Origin: Thermoanaerobaculia bacterium
Lineage (GTDB): Bacteria > Acidobacteriota > Thermoanaerobaculia > Multivoradales > Multivoraceae
Assembly (NCBI GenBank): GCA_965214805.1
Contig: OZ243982.1
Span: 2,915,253-2,979,252 of the forward strand
Length of the DNA stretch: 64,000 nt
Direction: 5' to 3'
Shown here: positions 9,150-20,216 of the stretch, in pieces
How the letters are laid out: each line of letters begins with the position of its first letter
Numbering within the stretch: the first letter of the stretch is position 1
Made by a program: the position numbers and the translations under genes
The notes under the pieces: model-generated
Databases searched by the model: none
Told to the model about the DNA's origin: nothing
What the model saw: the letters and a program-made list of their open reading frames with translations, nothing else

Positions 9150-10055
9150 TCAGCCTGACCGGGCGTTCCAGAGAACGCCGTCGGCGAGCAGATCGGAGAT
9201 CAGGCGGGCGATGTCGCCGGCGGCTGCGCTGCCGACCTGGAGCACGTCCTCGTGGTCGACGGGTCCCTCCGCGAGACCGACGCCCATGTTCGTGACCAGG
9301 GAGAAGCCGAGCACGCGCAGCCCCATGTGCCGGGCGGCGATCACTTCCAGAACCGTCGACATGCCGACCAGGTCGACGCCGAGCGCCTGGTAGGCGCGGA
9401 TCTCGGCCGGCGTTTCGTACGAGGGCCCGAGGAGGCCCAGGTAGACCCCTTCGTCCACGCGAATCCCGGCAGCGTGGCCGAGTTCGACGAATCGGCGGCG
9501 GAGGGCCGGATCGTAGGCGCCGGCCATGTCCGGAAACCGGGGCCCCCAGCTTGCCGGATGACGGCCGCGGAGGGGGTTGAGGCCGGTCAGGTTCACGTGA
9601 TCCGAGAGTGCGGCGATCGATCCCGGCGGCAGGTCGGTCCGCAGCGAGCCGGCGGCGTTCGTGATCACGAGCGAAGCGGCGCCGAGGAGGGCCGCGAGGC
9701 GCACCAGGTACACGATCTGCCCTGCCGTGTACCCCTGGTAGGCGTGGAGCCGGCCTCGGCAGCAGAGCACGAACCGGCCGTCGGGCGTTCTGGTCACCTC
9801 GATGGTCGCCGCGTGGCCTTCGATCGCCTCGACGTCGAACGGCAGCACGTCGTCGAACGGCCAGGGGCCGGCTGCCGGCGGGCCGAGGTCGAGGCTCAGG
9901 CCGGAACCGGTGACCAGGAGAGCGTCGGGCCGCGGCCGTCCGGCGTCGAGCCAGCGTCTCCGGCTTGCCTCGAGCTCGACGGCGAGACCTGAGTGCGACC
10001 CTGTATCCGTGTGCGACCCTTCCGTGTGCGACGCTGTATCCTTGCGGAGATTCAC
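9150..10055 (-). CDS. purine nucleoside phosphorylase (PunA/PNP type)
   Basis: LLVTGSGLS...RLHAYQGY...ITNAAGSL...GPSYETPAE...VGMSTVLEVIAA motifs. No start codon lies near the conserved N-terminus, so GTG 10055 is proposed; the start is uncertain. Confidence 0.85.
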   Translation of the reverse strand: MNLRKDTASHTEGSHTDTGSHSGLAVELEASRRRWLDAGRPRPDALLVTGSGLSLDLGPPAAGPWPFDDVLPFDVEAIEGHAATIEVTRTPDGRFVLCCRGRLHAYQGYTAGQIVYLVRLAALLGAASLVITNAAGSLRTDLPPGSIAALSDHVNLTGLNPLRGRHPASWGPRFPDMAGAYDPALRRRFVELGHAAGIRVDEGVYLGLLGPSYETPAEIRAYQALGVDLVGMSTVLEVIAARHMGLRVLGFSLVTNMGVGLAEGPVDHEDVLQVGSAAAGDIARLISDLLADGVLWNARSG

Positions 10056-10140
10056 GGTTCCGATTCCCGGGACAGTTAGGAGTGCGGGGACGATACACGA
10101 CCGGTCCGCGGCGTTGCGGGCGGCGCGCGAGGTGATCCAC

Positions 10141-10689
10141 ATGGCGGGGAACGGACAGCCCCGGGAGTTGATCTCCCGGGAAACGCTGCAGCGGCGGGTC
10201 GCCGAGCTCGCCGCCGAGATAGACCGCGACTATCGGGACAGCGAGGACCTGCTCTGCGTGGGTGTGCTCAAGGGGTCCGTCTTCTTCTTCTCCGATCTGT
10301 TGCAGCGCCTGTCGCGGCCCGTGATGGTCGACTTCTTTCAGACGTCGAGCTATCGGGGTGAGACCACGTCGCCCGGCGAGGTGCGGATCCGTCGCGACCT
10401 GGACCATTCGCTGGCCGGGCGGGACGTGCTGCTGATCGAGGACATCGTCGACACCGGATACACGATGCGGACGATTATGGCGCTGATGGGTTTTCGCGGC
10501 GCTCGTTCGGTGCGGCTCTGCGTCCTGCTCGACAAGGCGTGCAAGCGGGAGACGGCAGTGCAGATCCACTACCGCGGCTTCGAGCTCGACGACGTCTTCG
10601 CGGTCGGCTACGGCCTCGACTACAACGACCGTTACCGGAACCTGCCCTACGTCGGCATGCTGAACGAATCGGCCCTGGAAGCGGAATAG
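10141..10689 (+). CDS. hpt: hypoxanthine phosphoribosyltransferase
   Basis: From ATG 10141: LLCVGVLKGSVFFFSDL and VLLIEDIVDTGYTM (PRPP-binding loop), then YGLDY..RYRNLPY. Confidence 0.9.
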   Translation: MAGNGQPRELISRETLQRRVAELAAEIDRDYRDSEDLLCVGVLKGSVFFFSDLLQRLSRPVMVDFFQTSSYRGETTSPGEVRIRRDLDHSLAGRDVLLIEDIVDTGYTMRTIMALMGFRGARSVRLCVLLDKACKRETAVQIHYRGFELDDVFAVGYGLDYNDRYRNLPYVGMLNESALEAE

Positions 10690-10788
10690 CCAACGCGGCC
10701 CCGGCAGCCCAGGCAGCTCCCGAGACCGCCCCGGGCCGCTTCTGCGTACAGCCCTCTGCGGACAGCTCTGCGGATAGCCTCGCGTGCC

Positions 10789-12009
10789 GTGGGCTTCGTC
10801 TGGCATGTTGCGCTGAGGTACTTCCGCTCGACCCGGGCGGATGCCCACATCCGTGTTCTTTCGTCGCTCACTGCCGGCGGTCTGGCCGTGGGCACGGCGG
10901 CCCTGATCCTGGCCCTGGCGGCGCTCTCGGGCTTCCAGCACCATCTGCTGGAGGACCTCGTGCGGCACCGGCCCGCCTTGCAGGTGGAACTGGCAGCTGG
11001 AGCGGAATCCGCGAGCGGCGCGGCCGGGTCGGCCGCTTCGCTGGTCGACCGGGTAACGGCCGTGGACGGCGTCGCGGCGGTCCAGGAGCTGCTCTACGCC
11101 CGCGGCTGGCTGGTCGACCGGACGGGTGTGGCGGCGGTCGACGTCGTGGGCTACGAGAAGGCGCTGCCAGCATGGATTCCGGCGGCGGGCGGCGCGGCCC
11201 CGGGTCTGGCTGCGGCCCCCGGTCTGATCGTGCCGCTTTCCATTGCCCTGCGGATGGGGCTGGCGGTGGGCGGTTCGGCGAGGGTGGTGTCGCCCCGGTC
11301 CGGATTGACGCCTGTAGGGCCCAGGCCCCGCATGCGGACGCTGCCGGTGGCGGCGGTCTACGACTCCGGCCGCGCGGAGCACGAGCAGCTGCCGGTGCTG
11401 CTGCCCCTGGTGCAGGCGGCCGCGCTCTTTGCAGGCGGTGACCGGCGGCTCGACCTGACCCTTGCCCCGGGCGCCGATCCGGAAGCGGTCGCCGCCGACC
11501 TGCGTGCGGCGATGGACGCGGGCGAAGGCACGGTGACGACCTGGCGGCAGGCCAACCGGGCGTTGCTGTTTGTCCTGCGGCTGGAGAAGGGCCTGGTGTT
11601 CTCGGCGGTGGCGATGATTGTCGCGGTGGCGGCGTTCGCACTGCTCGCGGCGCTGTCCCTGGTGCTGTCCAGCAAGCGTTCCGAGGTCGGCGTGCTGGCG
11701 GCCATGGGAGCGCCGCCGGCCCGTCTGCGGCGGCTCTTTCTGGTGCTGGGCGCGTTGCTTTCGATTGGCGGCGCGGGCGTCGGCGGTGCGCTGGGCGCCG
11801 GCGCGGCGGCTCTGATGGACCGCTTTCGTGTCCTTTCGCTGCCGCCTGACGTCTACCACGTCGACTACGTGCCGTTCCTGGTCCGGGGCTGGGACGTGCT
11901 CGTCGTGCTGGTGTCGACGGTCGTGTTCACGGGCGCCGCCTCGCTGCTGAGCGCGCGCAAGGCGAGCCGGCTGAACCCGGTGGAGGCGATGCGGAGCGTC
12001 CGCACGTGA
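10789..12009 (+). CDS. LolC/LolE-family (FtsX-like) ABC transporter permease
   Basis: 406 aa. N-terminal ALRYFRS...SSLTAGGLAVGTAALILALA, a large periplasmic loop and a C-terminal FtsX-like TM bundle. It overlaps lolD by 4 nt. Confidence 0.85.
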   Translation: MGFVWHVALRYFRSTRADAHIRVLSSLTAGGLAVGTAALILALAALSGFQHHLLEDLVRHRPALQVELAAGAESASGAAGSAASLVDRVTAVDGVAAVQELLYARGWLVDRTGVAAVDVVGYEKALPAWIPAAGGAAPGLAAAPGLIVPLSIALRMGLAVGGSARVVSPRSGLTPVGPRPRMRTLPVAAVYDSGRAEHEQLPVLLPLVQAAALFAGGDRRLDLTLAPGADPEAVAADLRAAMDAGEGTVTTWRQANRALLFVLRLEKGLVFSAVAMIVAVAAFALLAALSLVLSSKRSEVGVLAAMGAPPARLRRLFLVLGALLSIGGAGVGGALGAGAAALMDRFRVLSLPPDVYHVDYVPFLVRGWDVLVVLVSTVVFTGAASLLSARKASRLNPVEAMRSVRT

Positions 12010-12698
12010 TCTTGGTTTCCGGAGTGACCAAGGCGTACCGGGACGGCGAGGTTCGGCGCGAGGTGCTGCGCGGCGTCGATCTCGAGCTTGGCCGCGGCGA
12101 CACGGCGGCCATCGTCGGGCCTTCGGGTTCGGGGAAGTCGACCCTGCTGAACATTCTCGGGGCGCTCGACACTCCCGACACGGGCACCGTGCGCATGGAC
12201 GGGGTCGACGTCTCGGCCCGCAGGCCGGCGGCCCTGGCCGGGTTCCGCAACCGCTCCATCGGCTTCGTGTTCCAGTTTCACCAGTTGTTGCCGGACTTCA
12301 CCGCGCTCGAGAACGTGATCATGCCGGGACGGATCGCGGGCCGGTCCACCGCGTCGTTGCGGGCTCGCGGGCTGGAGCTGCTGGGCCAGGTCGGACTCGG
12401 GGAGCGCGCCGCCGATTTTCCCCAGCAGCTGTCCGGGGGTGAGCGTCAGCGGGTCGCGATCTGCCGCGCGCTGATGCTCGAACCGCCGGTGCTGTTAGCC
12501 GACGAACCGACCGGAAATCTGGACGCGGCCAGCGGAGCGCAGGTGCTGGAGTTGCTGAACGGCCTGCAGCGGCGGCGTCGCACGACGATGGTGCTGGTGA
12601 CGCACAACCCCGAGGTCGCCAGCCGTTGCGGCAGGGTGCTGCGGCTCGAGGGGGGGCGGCTGACGCCGGACCACCCGCCGATCCGGCAGCGTCGATAG
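12006..12698 (+). CDS. lolD: ABC transporter ATP-binding protein, LolD-like
   Basis: Walker A GPSGSGKST, signature LSGGERQR, Walker B LLADEPTGNLD. Confidence 0.85.
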   Translation: MILVSGVTKAYRDGEVRREVLRGVDLELGRGDTAAIVGPSGSGKSTLLNILGALDTPDTGTVRMDGVDVSARRPAALAGFRNRSIGFVFQFHQLLPDFTALENVIMPGRIAGRSTASLRARGLELLGQVGLGERAADFPQQLSGGERQRVAICRALMLEPPVLLADEPTGNLDAASGAQVLELLNGLQRRRRTTMVLVTHNPEVASRCGRVLRLEGGRLTPDHPPIRQRR

Positions 12699-12787
12699 AC
12701 TGTCGTCAGGAGCAGACCCGGACGCTTCCAGAGGCGTGAGGCCCCGAGCCTCATCGAAGTGAAGCGCTCGAGCGAAGCAGGGAAGCC

Positions 12788-15307
12788 GTGTTCGAGAAAT
12801 ACAGCGAAAAAGCGCGTCGGGCTCTCTTCTTCGCCCGTTACGAGGCGAGCAAGCTGGGCAGCCGGGTCATCGAGTCGGAGCACATCCTGCTCGGCATTCT
12901 GAGGGAAGGGGAGGACTCGCTCGTCGAACTGCTCGAGCGACTCGAGGTCAGGCCGGAGGAGCTGCGGCGCGAGATCGAGGGAGAACGGGTGTTCGTGGAG
13001 CGCATCTCCTCGACCGCGGAGCTGCCCCTCTCGGAGGAGTCGAAGAAGATCCTCGCGTACGCCTCGCACGAGGCGGAGAGGATGGTCCACTCCTCGGTCG
13101 GTTCGGAGCACCTGCTGATCGGCGTGCTTCGGGTCGAGGGCTGCCTGGCGAGGCGAATCCTGGGGCAGCACGGGTTCGAGGTCGCGGGTGTGCGCGAAGA
13201 GGTCGCGCAAGTGGCGCGAAAACGAGCCGATCGACGCGAGAAGCAGGAACTGCCGTTCCTGAGCGAGTTCGGCCGCGACCTCACCGCGCTCGCCCGGCGG
13301 GACCGGTTCGACCCGCTCATCGGTCGCGAGCAGGAGGTCGCCCGGATCGTCGAGGTTCTCGCGCGGCGCACCAAGAACAACCCCATCCTGCTTGGCGAAC
13401 CGGGCGTGGGGAAGACGGCGATCGTGGAAGGGCTGGCCCAGCGCGTGGAGCGGGGCCGGGTGCCGCGATTCCTGGCGCACAAGCGCATCATCGCTCTCGA
13501 CCTCTCGCTGCTGGTCGCCGGGACCCGGTACCGGGGCCAGTTCGAGGAGCGCCTCAAGGGCGTCCTCAAGGAGCTCGAGGAGGGCGAGGACGTGCTCGTG
13601 TTCATCGACGAGATTCACGCGCTGGTCGGGGCGGGCTCGGCCGAGGGATCTCTCGACGCGGCGAACATCCTCAAGCCGGCCCTGTCGAGAGGCGACATCG
13701 CCTGCATCGGCGCCACGACAGGGCGGGAGTACCGGCGCTGCATCGAGAAGGACCGTTCGCTGCTGCGGCGTTTCCGGGCGATCCGGGTCGATCCGCCGAC
13801 CGCCGACGAGACGTACGACATCCTGGTCGGACTCAGGGAGCGCTACCAGGACTTCCACGAGGTGATCTACGACGATGGGGCTCTCAGGGCCGCGGTCGCC
13901 GGATCGAACCGCTACATCCCCGACCGGTTCCAGCCCGACAAGTCGATCGACGTGATGGACGAGGCCGGGGCCAGGGTCAAGCTTCGCCGGGCGAGGGGCG
14001 CCATGCGGACGCGGCGGATCGAGGCCGGGATCCGGCAGGCGGTTGCCGAGATGAAGGCGGCGATCTCGGACCGGGACTTCGACTGCGCGGTCCGCTGCCG
14101 GGAGCGCGAAATCGAACTGCGGGAAGATCTGGCGAACATCGGACGTTTGCACGACGGAGGCCATGGTGATCGAGTCGTGACTGCCCAGGATGTGGAGGAG
14201 GTGATCGCCTCCTGGACCGGCGTGCCCGTGGCGGCTGTCCGCGGCGACGAGGCCCGGCGTCTGATGAACATGGAGGACGCGCTGCGGCAGCGGATCGTGG
14301 GCCAGGAGCGGGCCGTCCGTGCGATCTGCCGCGCCGTTCGCAGGTCGCGTCTCGGCGTCTCGGATCCCCGGCGCCCGGTCGGTTCCTTCATCTTCCTGGG
14401 GCCGAGCGGCGTCGGCAAGACGGAAGTGGCGCGGCGGCTCGCCGAGTTTCTCTTCGGCAGTCGGAACGCCCTGTTGCGATTCGACATGAGCGAGTACATG
14501 GAGAAGCACGCCGCGTCCAGGCTGATCGGTTCTCCGCCGGGCTATGTCGGCCACGAGGAGGGCGGTCAGCTCACCGAACGGGTGCGCCGTCAGCCGTACT
14601 CGCTGATCCTGTTCGACGAGATCGAGAAGGCGCATCCCGACATCTCGAGCCTGTTGCTGCAGATCCTGGAGGAGGGGACGCTGACGGACGCCTGCGGCAA
14701 CCGGATCGACTTCCGCCATTCCCTCGTGCTCCTGACCTCGAACCTGGGCAGTCAGCTGGTCCTCAAGGGGGGGCGGATGGGCTTCGGCGGCATCTCGTCG
14801 GATGGCGACTTCGCCCGCGTACGCGAGGAGATCAAGGCCGAACTGCGGCGTTCCTTCAGCCCCGAGTTCATCAACCGGATCGACGAGACGATCGTGTTCG
14901 ATCCGCTGGGCCGGGACGAGCTGCGAGCGATCGTCGATCTGCTCCTGTCGGACGTGAACCGGACGCTCGCTGCACGCGGTCTGACGGTCGACGTGACTTC
15001 CGCGGCCCGTGACTGGCTGCTCGAACAGGCGGGGACCGACCCGTCGACCGGCGCCCGGCCGCTTCGCCGGACGATCCAGCGGCACGTTCAGGATGCGGTG
15101 TCCGATCTGCTGATCGAGCGTGCCGGAGCGGCGATCCGTCGGATCCGGGTCGATCTGGCGCCGAGCTCCGGCCTGGAGGCGGACGGCGACGGTTCGCTCG
15201 TCGACCGCGGTCTGGTCCTGGAAGCGGCCGGAAGCGGCGGAGCGCAACCCGCGGCCGGCGCGCGTCCGGCAGCGCACGAGGAGGAGCCTGCCCATGCCGA
15301 ATCCTGA
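12788..15307 (+). CDS. clpC: ATP-dependent Clp protease ATP-binding subunit, ClpC-like
   Basis: 839 aa. Double Clp_N repeat ([12 protein letters not shown] / [12 protein letters not shown]), two AAA+ modules ([16 protein letters not shown]) and a UVR-like middle region. Confidence 0.9.
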   Translation: MFEKYSEKARRALFFARYEASKLGSRVIESEHILLGILREGEDSLVELLERLEVRPEELRREIEGERVFVERISSTAELPLSEESKKILAYASHEAERMVHSSVGSEHLLIGVLRVEGCLARRILGQHGFEVAGVREEVAQVARKRADRREKQELPFLSEFGRDLTALARRDRFDPLIGREQEVARIVEVLARRTKNNPILLGEPGVGKTAIVEGLAQRVERGRVPRFLAHKRIIALDLSLLVAGTRYRGQFEERLKGVLKELEEGEDVLVFIDEIHALVGAGSAEGSLDAANILKPALSRGDIACIGATTGREYRRCIEKDRSLLRRFRAIRVDPPTADETYDILVGLRERYQDFHEVIYDDGALRAAVAGSNRYIPDRFQPDKSIDVMDEAGARVKLRRARGAMRTRRIEAGIRQAVAEMKAAISDRDFDCAVRCREREIELREDLANIGRLHDGGHGDRVVTAQDVEEVIASWTGVPVAAVRGDEARRLMNMEDALRQRIVGQERAVRAICRAVRRSRLGVSDPRRPVGSFIFLGPSGVGKTEVARRLAEFLFGSRNALLRFDMSEYMEKHAASRLIGSPPGYVGHEEGGQLTERVRRQPYSLILFDEIEKAHPDISSLLLQILEEGTLTDACGNRIDFRHSLVLLTSNLGSQLVLKGGRMGFGGISSDGDFARVREEIKAELRRSFSPEFINRIDETIVFDPLGRDELRAIVDLLLSDVNRTLAARGLTVDVTSAARDWLLEQAGTDPSTGARPLRRTIQRHVQDAVSDLLIERAGAAIRRIRVDLAPSSGLEADGDGSLVDRGLVLEAAGSGGAQPAAGARPAAHEEEPAHAES

Positions 15308-17753
15308 TCGAAGCCGATTCTCGTTGCCGGCGCGGATGGCCGCGCTCCTGACTGCGCTCCTGGCGTTGCCGCCCGTGGCGGCACAGCTTCTGGTCGGTCG
15401 GCCGATCGTGTCGGTCGAGTACGCGGGCGTGGAGACGCTGAGCGAGGAAAGCCTGAGCTACTACCTTGATCTCGAGCCGGGAAAGCCATGGGATCCGGGC
15501 CGTCTGAACGACCGGATCAAGGAACTCTGGGAGCGCGAACTGATCGACGACATCGAGGTCGAGGCCGAGGCGGAGGGCGACGGCGTGGGGGTGCGGGTGA
15601 CGGTCGTCGAGCGGCCGCTTCTGACCTCGCTCGATTACGACGGACTGAAGAAGCTCAAGCGCAGCGACATCGGCGACATGACCGATCGGGAACGCATTTC
15701 GGTCTACGAGGGTCTGCCGCTCGACCTGGGCGAACTCGCGCGCCTCGAGCAGGCGATCAGGAAGCTCTACGAAGAGCGGGGCTTCCGCTTTGCCGGCGTC
15801 CATGTGGAGGTGCTCGACGCGGGCCTGGGCGAGAAGCGCGTTCTCGTCACCGTCGACGAGGGCGGCCGCGTCAAGATCGGCCGGGTCGACTTCGAGGGCA
15901 ACGAGGTGTTCTCCGCGGGCAGGCTTCGCCGCCAGATGGAGAAGACGAAGAAGTCGAACCTGCTGACCCGGATTCGCAAGCGCGACGTCTTCAACTCGGC
16001 CACGGTCGAGGAGGATCTCGACAAGGTCAAGGGCCTCTACCGCCGCTTCGGCTACAAGGACGTCGAGGTCGGCGAACCGGAGCTCGACGTGATCGAGCGC
16101 AAGCCGAACGCGGAACGGCTCGAGGATCGCAAGCGGCAGCTCGCCCTGGTGGTGCCGATCGAGGAGGGGCCGCGCTGGAAGCTCGGAGAGATCGACATCG
16201 AGGGCGCCGAGGTGCTCCCGGAAGGGCTGCTGCGCCAGATGTTCAAGGACCCTCAGGGCGGTTGGCTGCGCTCCGACGTGCTCGACGAAGGGGTCGAGCA
16301 GATCGGCGAGCTCTACAGCAACAGCGGCTACATCTTCGCGGACGTGAAGATGGAGATCATCGAGCGCGAAGATCTGGTCGCGGACCTGCTGGTGACGATC
16401 GAGGAGAACGACCAGTTCGAGGTCGGGCGGCTCGAGTTCACCGGCAACGACCGTACCCGGGACCGCGTGCTGCGGCGCCAGATGCTGCTGAGGGAGGGCG
16501 ACGTCTTCAGCTCGAGCATGCTCCGCACGAGCCTGCTGCGCCTCAGTCAGCTCGAGTACTACGTGGTGAACGAGGACGATCCCGTCGAGGTCAATTACGA
16601 CAGCGACGACCAGAAGGTCGATCTGGTCGTCAAGGGCACGGAGACGGGGCAGACCGAAGTCCAGTTCGGCGGCGGCTACAGCGAACTGGACGGCTTCTTC
16701 GTCCAGTCGGCTCTGCGCACGCGCAACTTCCTGGGCCGCGGCGAGACCGTCGGCGTGTCGATTCAGACCGGCCGCTACCGCGACATCTTCGACGTCTCGT
16801 ACTACATGCCCTGGATCAAGGATCGGCCGCAGAACATCGGCGTCCAGCTGTTCAATCGCGACACCGACTTCGACCTGCTCGTCGACCAGCGCTACCGCAG
16901 CAAGGAGGCGGGCGGCGTCATCTCCTTCGGCCGGTCGTTCCGGCGATGGGAACTCGTCCAGCTGGCCTACAGCAACATGGACATCGAGAGCTACCAGTCG
17001 CAGACGTTCTTCTTCTTCGAGAATCCGGAAGAGCGGGACGAGACCCTGACCGACACGATCGAGCAGGCGTTCGAGTTCAACCGGCGGTCGGTCACCGCGA
17101 CCTATCAGTACGACAGCCACGACCATCGGCTGGCGCCGACCCGAGGCAAGCGGCTGATCGCTTCCCTCGAGTACGCCGGCGGTCCGCTGGGCGGCGAGTC
17201 GTTCTTCATCCGCCCTTCGTTGACGGCCGCGATCACCGTGCCGTTGACACGGGGGGCGTGGCGCTCGGTGGGCAGGGCGAACGTTCAGCTCGGGTACATC
17301 GAGCCCTTCGGCAGCGACGACCAGGGGAACCTCCGCCAGCTGTTCTTCCTCGACCGCTATCTGCTCGGCGGAGAGAACAGCCTCCGGGGCTTCGCCTTCC
17401 GGTCGATCTGGGTGCGCGATCCGGACACCGGGCAGACGCTGCTCGACGAGAACGGCTTCCCCCAGGGCGGCAACAAGAGCGTCGTGATCAACCTCGAACA
17501 CCACACGCTGGTCAACGGCCCGTTCCGCGTCGTTGCCTTCCTCGACGCCGGCAACGTGTACGGCGACGATCAGGACGTCGACTTCGGACACATGAGGATG
17601 TCCGCCGGCATCGAGCTGCGGGTGAACGTGCCGATTCTTGGCGCGCCGCTCCGGTTCATCTACGCTACGAACCTGGATCCGCTCGACAATCTCGGCGGTT
17701 TCGACCGCGACCGCTTCGACAGCTTCGATTTCAGCATCGGGACCAGCTTCTAG
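15294..17753 (+). CDS. bamA: outer membrane protein assembly factor BamA
   Basis: From ATG 15294: signal peptide, POTRA-like repeats (VSVEYAGVETLSEESL.., VDFEGNEVFS.., LEFTGNDRTRD..) and a C-terminal beta-barrel ending ...FDFSIGTSF. Confidence 0.9.
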   Translation: MPNPDRSRFSLPARMAALLTALLALPPVAAQLLVGRPIVSVEYAGVETLSEESLSYYLDLEPGKPWDPGRLNDRIKELWERELIDDIEVEAEAEGDGVGVRVTVVERPLLTSLDYDGLKKLKRSDIGDMTDRERISVYEGLPLDLGELARLEQAIRKLYEERGFRFAGVHVEVLDAGLGEKRVLVTVDEGGRVKIGRVDFEGNEVFSAGRLRRQMEKTKKSNLLTRIRKRDVFNSATVEEDLDKVKGLYRRFGYKDVEVGEPELDVIERKPNAERLEDRKRQLALVVPIEEGPRWKLGEIDIEGAEVLPEGLLRQMFKDPQGGWLRSDVLDEGVEQIGELYSNSGYIFADVKMEIIEREDLVADLLVTIEENDQFEVGRLEFTGNDRTRDRVLRRQMLLREGDVFSSSMLRTSLLRLSQLEYYVVNEDDPVEVNYDSDDQKVDLVVKGTETGQTEVQFGGGYSELDGFFVQSALRTRNFLGRGETVGVSIQTGRYRDIFDVSYYMPWIKDRPQNIGVQLFNRDTDFDLLVDQRYRSKEAGGVISFGRSFRRWELVQLAYSNMDIESYQSQTFFFFENPEERDETLTDTIEQAFEFNRRSVTATYQYDSHDHRLAPTRGKRLIASLEYAGGPLGGESFFIRPSLTAAITVPLTRGAWRSVGRANVQLGYIEPFGSDDQGNLRQLFFLDRYLLGGENSLRGFAFRSIWVRDPDTGQTLLDENGFPQGGNKSVVINLEHHTLVNGPFRVVAFLDAGNVYGDDQDVDFGHMRMSAGIELRVNVPILGAPLRFIYATNLDPLDNLGGFDRDRFDSFDFSIGTSF

Positions 17754-17793
17754 CGCGGCCTGCTAGAGTCCCCGATTCGACGGAGAACACCGC

Positions 17794-18345
17794 ATGAAAG
17801 CCAAGACACCCAATACCCGCCTCGCATTCGTCGTCGGGGCCGTCCTCGCAGGGGCGCTTGCGTCGGGACCGGTCCTCGCCCAGAGCAAGATCGCGGTGAT
17901 CGAGGTCGAGCGACTGCTGCAGGAGTCGGGCCGCGGTCAGATCGCCGTCCAGGAACTGACCAGGCTCAGGGACGAGAAGCAGGCGGAACTCCAGAGTCAG
18001 CAGGAACAGCTGTCGGCACTGCAGAAGCAGTACAGCGACGGCCGTCTGACTCTGGCGGAGGATCGCCTGGCGGAGATGGAGAAGCAGCTCGAGGACATGA
18101 CCATCGCGCTGCAGCGTTCCCAGGACGACGCCAACCGCGAGATGCAGAAGATGCAGGCGGAGAGGTTCGGACAGATCGAGCAGGCCGTCCTGCCGATCAT
18201 CGCCCAGGTCGGTCGGGAGTTCGGCTACACGGCGATCTTCAACAAGTTCCAGGGGGGCTTGCTGTATTCGTCCGATGCCGCCGACATCACCAGCCTGATC
18301 ATCGAGCGCTACAACGCCGCTCATCCCGCGACCGGCGGCGAGTAG
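17794..18345 (+). CDS. skp: OmpH/Skp-family periplasmic chaperone
   Basis: Signal peptide, a Q/E-rich coiled-coil region, and a conserved position after bamA. Confidence 0.85.
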   Translation: MKAKTPNTRLAFVVGAVLAGALASGPVLAQSKIAVIEVERLLQESGRGQIAVQELTRLRDEKQAELQSQQEQLSALQKQYSDGRLTLAEDRLAEMEKQLEDMTIALQRSQDDANREMQKMQAERFGQIEQAVLPIIAQVGREFGYTAIFNKFQGGLLYSSDAADITSLIIERYNAAHPATGGE

Positions 18346-18364
18346 CTCTCGGCTCTCTGCCCCG

Positions 18365-19804
18365 CTACTCCGCCGGGTCCGGGTCCGGCCGATCGGCGTC
18401 CGGCCGAGCCGCGTTCCTGATGCTGTAGAGCTTCGACCGGGTGCGGATCAGCAGCCGGTCGCCCGCGACGGCAGGCGACGCCATGGCCATCTCGTCCAGG
18501 CTGTTGATGTGCAGGACCTCGTACTGGGCGCCGGCACGGATGACGTAGGTGTCCCCCTGCTCGCTCAGCGCGAACACGCGGTCGTTGTAGGCCCACGGCG
18601 ATGAGGTGAAGCTGGCGCCGCCCCGCGGAGCGACCCGCTGGCGGCCGTACACCGGCTCGCCGGTCAGTGCGTCGTAGGCCTCGAAGAAGCCGCGGTCCAG
18701 CAGGCTGTAGTAGATGCCCTTGTAGACCAGCGGCGACGTGTTGTAGTTGCCGGCCCTGGGCTGGTGCCAGGCGACGAACTCGCTCTCCGTCGCGTCCTCC
18801 TCGAGGGTGATGTCGCCCAGCGCGCCCGGACGTATGGCGAACACCGGCCGGCGCTGATCCTGGAAGTAGCCGGAGTTCACGTAGACCATGTCGTGGGCCG
18901 CAAACGGGGTCGCGATCGCCGCCCACGACATGCGGCCGTCCATCTCCCACAGCAGTTCGCCGTCGAGACTGTATGAGCGAATGCGGTTCCTGCCGTTGGT
19001 CACGATCTCCGTGCGGGCCTCGTTGGACCACACGAGCGGCGTGGCCCAGCTCGAGACCTCGTCGCGGTCGGTGCGCCAGCGCTGTTCTCCGGTGGCCTTG
19101 TCGAGAGCGGCGATCCAGGATTCCTCCTCGTTGTCGTAGAGGATGATCACCTGGTCGTCGTGGAGGACCGGCGAGGACGCGGAACCGTAGTCGTACATCG
19201 TCGGCCGGTAGGGGGTGTCGAAGCTCCAGACCGGCTCCCCGTCCATGGTGAAGGCGTAGACGCCCAGGTCGCCGAAGCGGACGTAGACCCGCTCGCCGTC
19301 GGTGGCTGGCGTCTCGGCGGCGTAGGTGTGTTTCTGATGACGCGGGAACTCGGGGATTCCGCTCCTGACCGAACGGCTCCAGATCTCCTTGCCGGTGGCG
19401 AGGTCGAGACAGTAGACCCGCCAGTCGTGGACGACCTGCGGCGGTTCGCTGCGGCCGCGCGGGGCATAGAGCCCGGCCTGCGGGCGTTCGAAGTCGCCCT
19501 CCGCGACTGCGGCCGTGAGGAAGACCCGGTTCCCCCAGACGATCGGACTCGACCAGCCGAGGCCCGGGATCGCTGTCACCCACTCGACGTTCTCCGTCCG
19601 GCTCCAGCGGTCCGGCAGGTTCGGATCGTCCTCGATTGCCGGGTTCGCCCCGGGGCCGCGGAACTGAGGCCAGTTGTCGGATGCCTGCGCGCCGGCGGCG
19701 AGGCCGAATGCAGCCCCGGCCAACGCGAGCGCAAGAGCAGCGAGCCGAACGAGGCGGGTGTCGTGGGCGAGGCGGCGAAGTCGAACAGTTGTCGTGGCGT
19801 TCAT
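18365..19804 (-). CDS. PQQ-like (BamB-like) beta-propeller repeat protein, secreted
   Basis: From ATG 19804: signal peptide, then [14 protein letters not shown] and repeated W/G propeller blades. The track ORF start at 20167 is an upstream artefact. Confidence 0.8.
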   Translation of the reverse strand: MNATTTVRLRRLAHDTRLVRLAALALALAGAAFGLAAGAQASDNWPQFRGPGANPAIEDDPNLPDRWSRTENVEWVTAIPGLGWSSPIVWGNRVFLTAAVAEGDFERPQAGLYAPRGRSEPPQVVHDWRVYCLDLATGKEIWSRSVRSGIPEFPRHQKHTYAAETPATDGERVYVRFGDLGVYAFTMDGEPVWSFDTPYRPTMYDYGSASSPVLHDDQVIILYDNEEESWIAALDKATGEQRWRTDRDEVSSWATPLVWSNEARTEIVTNGRNRIRSYSLDGELLWEMDGRMSWAAIATPFAAHDMVYVNSGYFQDQRRPVFAIRPGALGDITLEEDATESEFVAWHQPRAGNYNTSPLVYKGIYYSLLDRGFFEAYDALTGEPVYGRQRVAPRGGASFTSSPWAYNDRVFALSEQGDTYVIRAGAQYEVLHINSLDEMAMASPAVAGDRLLIRTRSKLYSIRNAARPDADRPDPDPAE

Positions 19805-20216
19805 CGCAGGCGGAGCTCCCAGGATGTTCCAAGGCATGTGTTTCGAGACGTGTGTTTCGAGGCGTGTGCCAGCCGAGCGCCGGAGTCGCCTGGGTGGAGG
19901 TGGCACGGCCGAAGGGCGTGTCGGGCCGAACGTGCGCATCGTATCCCGTGCAGCCTCCGGCGCCGCGGCGGATCTCGCAGCGCCGGCGGCTCGCGGCCTG
20001 GGAACTGGTCGATCAGCGGCCGGCTTCGCCCGCGAGTGGGTCGACGCCACCTGCGAGCGAGACGAGAGCTTCTGCACCAAGTTCTTCGAGATCCTCGGCA
20101 ATCGCCGCCGTGCGTCCGGCCCGCAGGTGCGCTTCACCGCTCTCCGTGCGGCACGGACTTCCGCCATGGGCTGCCGGCTCTCCCTTGGCTGCCAGGGCGG
20201 CTGTTACGCTTCTCGG

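Noticed and set aside
12446-17591. 949-aa (12446..15295) and 906-aa (14871..17591) minus-strand ORFs
   Set aside because: They are antisense to clpC and bamA, which have unambiguous motifs. The translations are low-complexity and Arg/Pro/Asp-rich with no recognisable domains.
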